This document shows positions 38,206 through 45,565 of a DNA stretch of 64,000 bases, piece by piece. The stretch lies in sequence record PQ464595.1; one strand, 5' to 3'. The notes below the pieces were generated by a model. That model was not told the DNA's origin. It made no database searches and was given only the letters and a program-made list of their open reading frames with translations. The position numbers and the translations under genes are program-made. Position 1 is the first letter of the stretch. Each line of letters opens with the position of its first letter.

Positions 38206-38633
38206 TAGTTATCATCACCAGAATCTTTGCATTCAAATTCATAAATGCGACGGTCTTCTTTTCCCTTGAACCAACGAGCACGTTCACCATCAAGTTCATA
38301 TTCGCAATCCATATCTTCTAAGTCTGCGTCATAACCTTCTTTATATTCATCACTTTCATAGTACTCATAGTAGTGTTCTGGATTATAGCCACTAAGAGTA
38401 TATCCCAACAATTCAATAAGCCATGAAACTTTTTCTTGATCATCAGTTACAACAGTACAGCATTCCTGCCATTTAAAGTCATCTAATGATGCTTCAGAAT
38501 GTTTACCGAATGCTTCACCAAAAAAGATATTAGCATTATTAAGAAGATTCAATTCTTCTTCAGTACTAATGAACAATCCTTCAAGGTCATATCCTCGACC
38601 AAAATCAACATAGAAACGAAATAATTTATTCAT
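38205..38633 (-). CDS. Conserved phage hypothetical protein
   Basis: FYVDFGRGYDLEGLF...FGEAFGKHSE. Confidence 0.65.
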   Translation of the reverse strand: MNKLFRFYVDFGRGYDLEGLFISTEEELNLLNNANIFFGEAFGKHSEASLDDFKWQECCTVVTDDQEKVSWLIELLGYTLSGYNPEHYYEYYESDEYKEGYDADLEDMDCEYELDGERARWFKGKEDRRIYEFECKDSGDDN

Positions 38634-39105
38634 GTTTTTTTACCAAATAATGTGGAAGCCTAAGCTCCCTATCAAAACTATCTAATTTTAACTGGATGTA
38701 ACGTGGATCATCCAGTAGGGAAACTGTACCAGTAAATTGTTGTTTCTTAAGAATTCCCCATGAGAAATCTTCACTATCCACAATTACAGCATCACCAAGT
38801 ACTGCTACTGTACCATCACGGTATGTAGCTTCTTGAACAGCAAAGTATTCTTGTGCTTCTTCAATATCGAAATAATCATCAAAATCGTGATGATAAAATT
38901 CATGTTCTTCTATATCTTTCAGTACTTCATCTAAGTTGGTATCTTCATAAAATAGAATGAATTCAGAATAGTGATCGTAATGACCATAATGTACCCGAAG
39001 ATAATATTCAACGGCTGTTTGATAATCAGTTATCAGTTCAGGATTATAATAAAAAGTTCCTGCTTGGTCTGACCATACTTCAACGGCAACCAATGGTCTA
39101 ATCAT
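38626..39105 (-). CDS. Acidic hypothetical protein
   Basis: Start moved to ATG 39105 (GGAGA RBS). Confidence 0.6.
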   Translation of the reverse strand: MIRPLVAVEVWSDQAGTFYYNPELITDYQTAVEYYLRVHYGHYDHYSEFILFYEDTNLDEVLKDIEEHEFYHHDFDDYFDIEEAQEYFAVQEATYRDGTVAVLGDAVIVDSEDFSWGILKKQQFTGTVSLLDDPRYIQLKLDSFDRELRLPHYLVKKHE

Positions 39106-39120
39106 ACTTTTCTCCACATA

Positions 39121-39145
39121 AAAGAAAAGGAGGCAAAGCCTCCTT
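39121..39145 (-). terminator. Intrinsic terminator
   Basis: AAGGAGGC-TTT-GCCTCCTT-TTCTTT on the minus strand. Confidence 0.7.
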
Positions 39146-39146
39146 A

Positions 39147-39761
39147 TTATTCTTCCTCTTGTTCTTCATCGTCAAATGTGTAATCGTCGTCGGATTCATC
39201 ATATTCTTCATAATCATCATCCTCCCAACGGTACGCATCGTAACGTTCGTCTTCCGAAGAAGTGAGTTCAACTTGAACTCCATGTTGCCTCAAATACGAA
39301 ATGAAGCTATCAGGATTGTTTTCATTCAGTGCTCCTTCGTAGAACGCATAATACGCATCTTCGAATTCGTTCTCTGAATAATAACTATATTCCCAATAAG
39401 TATCCCAATCCGTGTCTTTAGGCCAATTAGCCCAGGTTGGATGAACTTTACGGTCTAGTAGTCCACGATCAATAATCGCAATCTTATAGCGTTGTTCAAG
39501 TTCCTCGTTTGTTTCACGAGGTTTCCATTCTGGACGTGGAATACCACAGCCGATACTCTCTAAGCGATTAAGAATTTCATTACAAAATGCATAATAATCT
39601 GCTTCCTCAACATCGTAACAATGTGCTGAAGTACCAGAACTATACTCTCCAAAATTCTGATGTGAATCAGAATGTACTGAAAGAATATCGTTACTATAGG
39701 AACCGCACATTTCACAATCTGAATAGCTATCATGAACATTGATGGTTAATTCTACTGACAT
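39147..39761 (-). CDS. Acidic hypothetical protein with CxxC/HC possible Zn site
   Basis: DCEMCGS...AHCYD; D/E-rich tail. Confidence 0.6.
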   Translation of the reverse strand: MSVELTINVHDSYSDCEMCGSYSNDILSVHSDSHQNFGEYSSGTSAHCYDVEEADYYAFCNEILNRLESIGCGIPRPEWKPRETNEELEQRYKIAIIDRGLLDRKVHPTWANWPKDTDWDTYWEYSYYSENEFEDAYYAFYEGALNENNPDSFISYLRQHGVQVELTSSEDERYDAYRWEDDDYEEYDESDDDYTFDDEEQEEE

Positions 39762-39774
39762 ATTTTATCTCCAT

Positions 39775-39801
39775 AAAAGAAAAGGACACATTATGTGTCC
39801 T
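39775..39801 (-). terminator. Intrinsic terminator
   Basis: AGGACACA-TAA-TGTGTCCT-TTTCTTTT. Confidence 0.7.
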
Positions 39802-39807
39802 CATTGA

Positions 39808-40257
39808 TTATTGTAGTACTTTAAGTTTATATAAGATGCTCTCAACAAAACTCATTATATCTTCGAGTGTGTTTACAGAGCCATATTCGCCAAGTCCATC
39901 CAATATTTCATGTATTTTTACGCAATGTTTTACGTATTCTTCGAGTAGAGGAATTGCTTCTTCTAAAGGTTGGAAAACATAAGTACTGCCAGTACTGAAA
40001 ATTGGACCACGTTCTGCCATCATTCCTTCAATAAAGGAATCAACATATTCTGGCAATCCTTTATAGAATTCATCCAGTTCAATGTGTTTAGAATAGAACT
40101 TGCACTGTAAGTGCCAGTGGTGTGCTTGGGATTCAAGAAATAGACTATTCTCTACGAATTTAATTAATATATCATCGTGAGTGTCGTCAGTAGTTTCTAC
40201 ATAATCAATCATACTGCGTATGTCGTTAGGATCAAAATGTTCGCTCATAGGTATCAT
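39808..40257 (-). CDS. Ferritin/Dps-like four-helix protein
   Basis: AHHWHLQ...SKHIELDEFY...VDSFIE resembles the Dps H-W...H..LDE..D..E pattern. Confidence 0.6.
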   Translation of the reverse strand: MIPMSEHFDPNDIRSMIDYVETTDDTHDDILIKFVENSLFLESQAHHWHLQCKFYSKHIELDEFYKGLPEYVDSFIEGMMAERGPIFSTGSTYVFQPLEEAIPLLEEYVKHCVKIHEILDGLGEYGSVNTLEDIMSFVESILYKLKVLQ

Positions 40258-40282
40258 CCCTTCAGGTTATTGATAACTGTAT

Positions 40283-40648
40283 TTAGCAGTGAAAAATAAA
40301 CTTCGGGTTGTAGTAGTCACAAACTTTTTTGATTTTCTCATATTCCACGGTTCCGTAAACAAAAAGAAATTCACACGGAACTTCAGACAAATACATGGTA
40401 TTAGTACTGATGAAGTGTAAATTATCTGTCTTCTGAACAGGGAAATGAGGATCAAAATTTAAACAGATAACACAATTATCTTCTAGAGCAATTTCTTTCA
40501 TTGCTTCGTAGATTCCTAATGCTTTGTCATCATTTAAACTTGGTAGGTATATTCGATTCTGTCTTGTTAGATAAGAACCGTACTCAATTAAAATTAGAAA
40601 ATATATCAACATTGTACTGTTGAAATATTCATTGTCTGCTAGTTCCAT
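40283..40648 (-). CDS. Hypothetical protein
   Basis: 121-aa ORF downstream of late core ATTAAATA. Confidence 0.55.
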   Translation of the reverse strand: MELADNEYFNSTMLIYFLILIEYGSYLTRQNRIYLPSLNDDKALGIYEAMKEIALEDNCVICLNFDPHFPVQKTDNLHFISTNTMYLSEVPCEFLFVYGTVEYEKIKKVCDYYNPKFIFHC

Positions 40649-40719
40649 TGCCTAACTCCGTTAGTCAAGAATTTTCGTTAGTACTCACGTTGTTCGTACT
40701 TAACTCAATTCCTATAAAC

Positions 40720-40727
40720 TATTTAAT
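40720..40727 (-). promoter_or_regulatory. Late promoter (ATTAAATA)
   Basis: TAAATA core downstream of the ncRNA terminator. Confidence 0.5.
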
Positions 40728-40794
40728 ACGTTTAACACTGTTTATACTGACGGGGTTTGTTGATCTATTTGCATCCCCCCGCAAAAGGGGAACG

Positions 40795-40819
40795 AAAAAA
40801 AAGTCAGAACTAAGCTGAC
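40795..40819 (-). terminator. Intrinsic terminator closing the candidate ncRNA
   Basis: GTCAG-CTTAGTT-CTGAC-TTTTTTTT. Confidence 0.8.
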
Positions 40820-41266
40820 GGTGGTAGTCTTACCATCTGAATTTGTAGATTTCACTCAAATTTTGGACGGATCTATATTGTCAAAAATAAGTAGTAAACA
40901 CTGGCGGGTTGTCCTATTTCCAGTTACTACAGTCGCATACAACGGTCGGAGTTTTCTCATTTCTCCGCATATAGTACTTGCTAATTCAGCAACAGGTACT
41001 ATTGATATTCCGTAGAATATCTCCCTTTTAACAGGTGAGTATGCCTCTAATGCCTATCTAGTGCGTTCATGTCAAGGACGCATTTAAAGTGCCGCATTGC
41101 CGTGGGTGGTACAAACTATGCCAACTCCTAACGGGTAAATTATATTGCACTCGTACTGATTGAACTACTCAACTGCTGTTTACATTTTCAACTAGGTCAG
41201 GTTCAAACTATTCCATTTCTGGATCAATCAGAGTTATAAAACTATGAAGACCTTTATAGGATCTTC
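40795..41266 (-). ncRNA. Candidate ~470-nt large structured ncRNA of unknown family
   Basis: Bounded by promoter and terminator; no RBS-supported ORF; about ten or more stems with GAAA, GCAA and cUACGg loops on the minus strand. Confidence 0.75.
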
Positions 41267-41272
41267 ATGTAC

Positions 41273-41301
41273 ATTATACCAGAACTTTTAGTTCTGTTCC
41301 A
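41273..41301 (-). promoter_or_regulatory. Class B promoter: TGGAAC-N17-TATAAT
   Basis: CTGGTATAAT; fires into the ORF-free structured region. Confidence 0.7.
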
Positions 41302-41308
41302 TTTATTT

Positions 41309-41566
41309 TCAATCTTTGTAAAAATTATCGTTGAACGATTGTGTCTTTACCAGATATGCTGGATCGATGTTTTCAGGCTTGATGTTATCGTTCAAGAACT
41401 TAATTGCCTTTTCTTCAGTACTGAATATTAAGCGTTCATCAGTTCCTTTAGCACACAAAAACCGACTACGATCATAATCGTATTCATCAAAGTCTTGCAT
41501 ACAACAAACAGTAATAATATCGTCATTGTCGCCTATACGAATCAGGCGATAGTATACATCATCCAT
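41309..41566 (-). CDS. Hypothetical protein
   Basis: 85-aa ORF, GAGGA RBS. Confidence 0.6.
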   Translation of the reverse strand: MDDVYYRLIRIGDNDDIITVCCMQDFDEYDYDRSRFLCAKGTDERLIFSTEEKAIKFLNDNIKPENIDPAYLVKTQSFNDNFYKD

Positions 41567-41576
41567 TATTTAATCC

Positions 41577-41963
41577 TCACATAAAGAGTCGTTTTAATTC
41601 ATTTGGGGAACGGTCAAAGAACTGTTCGATGAAATCAATGTCTTCAAACAGTGAAGGTTCAAGGTCACGCTCATAATAAGCACGTTTGCTGTACTTCTCT
41701 GTTCCGTTGTACGCAATCTTGATTGGAAGTACTGTTTGTCCTTCTTCATTCAACGTGTACGTACATGCTAATTTAATATATTTGTTCTCGTTTTCAAGAG
41801 CATTCTTATGAAATGCCAGTTCTAGACCTTCTAAATGACTAAAAGAGTCTTCTTCTTTAACCATGTTGATTGTGATAGTTACATGCTTTTCATAACCTAA
41901 ATCAGTAATGTTTTTGGTACAAGCAGTAACTTCCAGGTTGTCAAAGTTAATATCTTTCAGCAT
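41577..41963 (-). CDS. Hypothetical protein
   Basis: 128-aa ORF, GGAG RBS. Confidence 0.6.
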   Translation of the reverse strand: MLKDINFDNLEVTACTKNITDLGYEKHVTITINMVKEEDSFSHLEGLELAFHKNALENENKYIKLACTYTLNEEGQTVLPIKIAYNGTEKYSKRAYYERDLEPSLFEDIDFIEQFFDRSPNELKRLFM

Positions 41964-41977
41964 TTAAGGCTCCAAAC

Positions 41978-42005
41978 GAAAAAAAGGAAATCTCACGATT
42001 TCCTT
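41978..42005 (-). terminator. Intrinsic terminator after spanins
   Basis: AAGGAAATC-GTGA-GATTTCCTT-TTTTT (GNRA loop). Confidence 0.8.
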
Positions 42006-42006
42006 A

Positions 42007-42035
42007 ATTTTACTTCAAATTTTGGTTCCTGTCAA
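42007..42035 (-). promoter_or_regulatory. Sigma70 promoter TTGACA-N17-TAAAAT
   Basis: TTGACAGG -35 as at 34148 and 50798; start site falls inside the terminator arm. Confidence 0.65.
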
Positions 42036-42350
42036 CTACTTTTTAGGAACTTCTTTCATATCTTTTAGACCATTCAAAGTTTCAACAAGTTTGTTATGCA
42101 TAGACGCACACTTGTTATAATAGTCTTGCCAATCACGTAGAACACGATACATCTCTTGACCGTTATATACCTGTTCACCTTTGTCATTTAGGACATAATT
42201 CGTAGGAATTGGGGTATCAGTACCACAAAGTTGTACTAAATTGGTTTGCTCGATAATAGGCTTAGTTTGAACTGGAACAGTTGAACAACCAGTGATTGCT
42301 AGAGTACAAGCCAGTACTACCGCAGCAAAAAACATTTTTATCTTATTCAC
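42036..42350 (-). CDS. Outer-membrane spanin (o-spanin) lipoprotein
   Basis: Signal peptide with lipobox LAITGC; C...P, CASMHNKL; overlaps the i-spanin stop. Confidence 0.8.
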   Translation of the reverse strand: MNKIKMFFAAVVLACTLAITGCSTVPVQTKPIIEQTNLVQLCGTDTPIPTNYVLNDKGEQVYNGQEMYRVLRDWQDYYNKCASMHNKLVETLNGLKDMKEVPKK

Positions 42351-42715
42351 TTAGTTTTCTTCCCGTTGATAATATCAGCAGATTGTTGACGATATTCTTT
42401 CAATAAATCAACACCAGCTTGATCCATACACTGTTGTAGGTAAATTGGTTGTTGTAGAATAGTTTTCTCTTTGATGATAGTGTTTGTCTTAGCATCAGCA
42501 AGTAAATCTTTCTGATCTTCTAAACCTTGAGCTTGAGCACTTTGGTACTTTGAGATACCAGCATCAACGATTTTCTCTACTTTTTGGTCTAAACTTTCTT
42601 TATATCCATCATAATATGTATGGACTTTCCAGCCACCGAAAACCATAATAATTGTGTACAGAACGAACGCAACAATGGTAATAGGGAGCTTGTATAACTT
42701 AATAAAATCTAACAT
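42347..42715 (-). CDS. Inner-membrane spanin (i-spanin, Rz-like)
   Basis: N-terminal TM, periplasmic helical region, PIYLQQCMDQAGV. Confidence 0.78.
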   Translation of the reverse strand: MLDFIKLYKLPITIVAFVLYTIIMVFGGWKVHTYYDGYKESLDQKVEKIVDAGISKYQSAQAQGLEDQKDLLADAKTNTIIKEKTILQQPIYLQQCMDQAGVDLLKEYRQQSADIINGKKTK

Positions 42716-42745
42716 GGTACACCTCTTAATACTTAGGTTATACCA

Positions 42746-42753
42746 TATTTAAT
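42746..42753 (-). promoter_or_regulatory. Late promoter (ATTAAATA)
   Basis: Between the terminator and the spanins. Confidence 0.55.
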
Positions 42754-42755
42754 GG

Positions 42756-42780
42756 AAAACCCGCCATTCCTGACGGGTTT
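42756..42780 (-). terminator. Intrinsic terminator after the ACP gene
   Basis: AAACCCG...CGGGTTTT. Confidence 0.6.
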
Positions 42781-42788
42781 AAGTGCTA

Positions 42789-43196
42789 TTAATGTGTAAC
42801 CGCACGTAAAATATCATCAACGGTACGGAAGCTTTCAGCAACCCAATCGTCGATTTCAACATTGAATTCTTCTTCAACTGCCATGATGATTTCAATCATG
42901 TCCAGTGAATCCATCTGAAGTTCTTCAACCAGGAACTGAATAGATGCTTCTGGTTTTACGTACTCATTGATCACATCAATATGTGAACCGGATTGATCTG
43001 CGAAGATCTTACGAAGTTTATTCATAGTATGATCTTCAACTTTGAATTCACGGTTAACCATAGTGTCGATGGTTTCCTGCCGCAGATTCTTGATTGTTTC
43101 TTCAACTTGCTGAAGAATCATATAACGTTCAGTACTGCTGGTTTCGTTCAGATATACAGACTCTAACTCACGCAGTACTTGATAAAGACTTGGCAT
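42789..43196 (-). CDS. Acyl carrier protein homolog with ~55-aa N-terminal extension
   Basis: LVEELQMDSLDMIEIIMAVEEEFNVEIDD...TVDDI aligns with E. coli AcpP [29 protein letters not shown]; Ser97 in DSL. Confidence 0.9.
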   Translation of the reverse strand: MPSLYQVLRELESVYLNETSSTERYMILQQVEETIKNLRQETIDTMVNREFKVEDHTMNKLRKIFADQSGSHIDVINEYVKPEASIQFLVEELQMDSLDMIEIIMAVEEEFNVEIDDWVAESFRTVDDILRAVTH

Positions 43197-43743
43197 GTTT
43201 GATCCTCTCTTTGAATCCAGCAGTAACCCGAATGAGTAGACGCTGGCAATTGGTTTCTAGTAACGGACAGTTGTGAAGTACTTTACTGGTATACTTATGA
43301 GCCGTGCTTGTTGGAGCAACAGCTTCTACCAGTACTTCATTCCTGAGTACATCTTGTACTGAATTGTACCCAATAACGTTGATTGGGTTCATAACGAAGC
43401 TCGTACCCTGAACAGTACCGAAGATGATATGTGTTTCAGGTTCGAAGTCATCATGAATGTCATTAGTACAATCCAAATGGTATCCGTACAGTTGTGAACC
43501 ACTATCACCCGCAGATAAATTACGAACGCGATAATCCACGACAACTGACCGATCATCGTATTTTTTGACTTCATCAATCATACGCTGTACCAATTGTGCC
43601 ATATCGGGAGGGATGTTGGCAAGTACTTTTTGCGGGGTTTCGTATTTAAATTCCTGAACAGGGAGGTTATCAGGAACCTCCCAACTGAACAGATTTAATT
43701 CAATACTACCCGTAGGTTGTAAAGTATTAATGTCCACAGTCAT
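43168..43743 (-). CDS. 2OG-Fe(II) oxygenase-like protein
   Basis: H89-x-D91 (GYHLD), distal H157 (VLHNCP), R168/R172 (RLLIRV). Confidence 0.55.
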   Translation of the reverse strand: MTVDINTLQPTGSIELNLFSWEVPDNLPVQEFKYETPQKVLANIPPDMAQLVQRMIDEVKKYDDRSVVVDYRVRNLSAGDSGSQLYGYHLDCTNDIHDDFEPETHIIFGTVQGTSFVMNPINVIGYNSVQDVLRNEVLVEAVAPTSTAHKYTSKVLHNCPLLETNCQRLLIRVTAGFKERIKHAKSLSSTA

Positions 43744-44206
43744 ATTCTTTTACCGTAATCTGAACAGTTTCACCAGTAAAATCAATGACAATATTGAAGT
43801 TAGTTTGATAAACTACTTCTAAGCCATCTTCGAACTTCGCAGCACTAAGAATGTCTTTAATTTTTTGAGCATCTTCGTTTGAAAGATTGCTGTTAGCAGT
43901 TTTGTATGCTTCTGGACACTCACTTTCATCACGCCAGTACAAACGCTCAACATACTCACTTACGGTATCCCATGAACGGGTATCATCATGAGTAATGAAT
44001 ACTTCAGAATCATGAGTACATTCTTCTCCGTCATTCCATTCTGGAGTTTCCCCTAGAACGAAAATGAAATCCAGTGCTGGGAACTGAGCCTTAAGCTCAG
44101 CACAATCGTATTTTAATTCATCAAGGAATTTAGCCTGAAGATTCTTTTTCAGAGTTTTTAAAGTTTCTTGGTAATCAGTTACAGCAGTTTTCACATTATC
44201 GAACAT
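43727..44206 (-). CDS. NDGxxCxH-family paralog 4
   Basis: GETPEWNDGEECTH...EYDCGH; start moved to ATG 44206. Confidence 0.75.
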   Translation of the reverse strand: MFDNVKTAVTDYQETLKTLKKNLQAKFLDELKYDCAELKAQFPALDFIFVLGETPEWNDGEECTHDSEVFITHDDTRSWDTVSEYVERLYWRDESECPEAYKTANSNLSNEDAQKIKDILSAAKFEDGLEVVYQTNFNIVIDFTGETVQITVKEYDCGH

Positions 44207-44207
44207 A

Positions 44208-44666
44208 TTAGTATCCACAGTAGTAATGATGAACTTCGATAGTTGGTTCTTCACCAGTTAGATCGATATAAACTTTGAAGTTAGTATCATTTTGTTCTTC
44301 AAGTAGATCTTCCAGATGACCAATGATGAAACGGATTTCATCATTATTTTCTGGTTTGATGATATTAATAGGATTTTCATCAAGATAATCTTCATATTCA
44401 TCATATTCTAAATTTTCTGGAAGACCTAAGAACTCTTGATTATCATCAGCAATTTCATACAAATCATCATCATAATATGGAGTACTCCAGTGTTCACATG
44501 GATCTCCATCGTTAAATGATGGTGTGTAACCAATAATAATGATTTTGTTTAGACCGTCAAATTTTTTCAATTTAACCAATCCATCTTTGATAATGCGGTC
44601 AATATTATCGGAAAGATACTTACGATGTTCGATATAAGTATCGAATGAATTAGTGTCCACAATCAT
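44208..44666 (-). CDS. NDGxxCxH-family paralog 3
   Basis: GYTPSFNDGDPCEH...HYYCGY. Confidence 0.75.
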   Translation of the reverse strand: MIVDTNSFDTYIEHRKYLSDNIDRIIKDGLVKLKKFDGLNKIIIIGYTPSFNDGDPCEHWSTPYYDDDLYEIADDNQEFLGLPENLEYDEYEDYLDENPINIIKPENNDEIRFIIGHLEDLLEEQNDTNFKVYIDLTGEEPTIEVHHYYCGY

Positions 44667-45147
44667 ATTCCTCTAAGGTAATATCAGTTTCTTCAGTTGT
44701 AAAATCGAACAAAGCCAAATAATTAGTATATTCAATTTGTTCAACCAGATAATCCAGAAGTTGGATTAACTCACGAACTTTTGGTTCATCAGCGTCAGAA
44801 TAGGTGTTTACATTTTCAAAACCTTCCCAATTCCACGGTTCACCAGATTCCTGAACTTCTTCTGGAACATTCATCATACGGAAGAATGAATAGTCTTCTT
44901 GTTCCGCAAATTCCTGAAAATGATAATCACGGAACAGACATTCGCTGCTATGAGTACAAGCATCACCATCGTTAAACCCTGGAGTATAACCATAGATCAC
45001 GAGCTTATTCATTCCTGGAATAGCTTTTAATTGAGCAGCAACGTCTTTCAGAATCTGACGTTTATTAGTACTCAAAAAGTTTGACAAGTCGCATTTCGCG
45101 GCGTCAGATTTAGTTTTCAGTTCTTGAAATTGTTCAAACAGTGTCAT
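44650..45147 (-). CDS. NDGxxCxH-family paralog 2
   Basis: GYTPGFNDGDACTH...EYDCGH; start moved to ATG 45147. Confidence 0.75.
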   Translation of the reverse strand: MTLFEQFQELKTKSDAAKCDLSNFLSTNKRQILKDVAAQLKAIPGMNKLVIYGYTPGFNDGDACTHSSECLFRDYHFQEFAEQEDYSFFRMMNVPEEVQESGEPWNWEGFENVNTYSDADEPKVRELIQLLDYLVEQIEYTNYLALFDFTTEETDITLEEYDCGH

Positions 45148-45148
45148 A

Positions 45149-45565
45149 TTAGTATCCGCAGTAGTATTCTTCATGTTTAATGGTGATCTCACCATCCTGG
45201 ATAATAAATCCAAATTTGTAGTTCGTTCCGTAGATATGAATCAGAATTTCATCCAGTACTGCTAGTTTAACTTCAATGGCACGACCTTCTGTATCATTCA
45301 GATTATTATCATCATAATCTTCTGCTACATCTTCGATGAAATCAGTAATATCATTGTCCATGTAGCGAATCTGAATGTCGCTACTATGTTCACATGCTTC
45401 ACCATCATTCCACTCAGGAGTATAACCAACAATCATACCGTTGGTTAATCCTGGATGGTCAATACCCAATTCTTTAATGAACTCCTTCATGATTTCGTCA
45501 TGATGTTCATTCAGGAGGGTATTATATACTTCACGAGCGGTTTTAAATTGGTCTAGGATGTTCAT
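45149..45565 (-). CDS. NDGxxCxH-family paralog 1
   Basis: GYTPEWNDGEACEH...EYYCGY; start moved to ATG 45565 (TAATG). Confidence 0.75.
   Translation of the reverse strand: MNILDQFKTAREVYNTLLNEHHDEIMKEFIKELGIDHPGLTNGMIVGYTPEWNDGEACEHSSDIQIRYMDNDITDFIEDVAEDYDDNNLNDTEGRAIEVKLAVLDEILIHIYGTNYKFGFIIQDGEITIKHEEYYCGY

Noticed and set aside
40821-41015. 64-aa plus-strand ORF inside the ncRNA candidate
   Set aside because: Opposite to the local promoter and terminator, no RBS, and it reads through the hairpins; most likely a chance ORF.
40795-41266. Identity as tmRNA, RNase P RNA, 6S, Y RNA or group I intron
   Set aside because: No GGGG..CCA acceptor stem, T-loop or tag frame; no GAGGAAAGUCC; too long for 6S or Y RNA; no interrupted host gene or P7 elements seen. 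An Rfam search is still needed.
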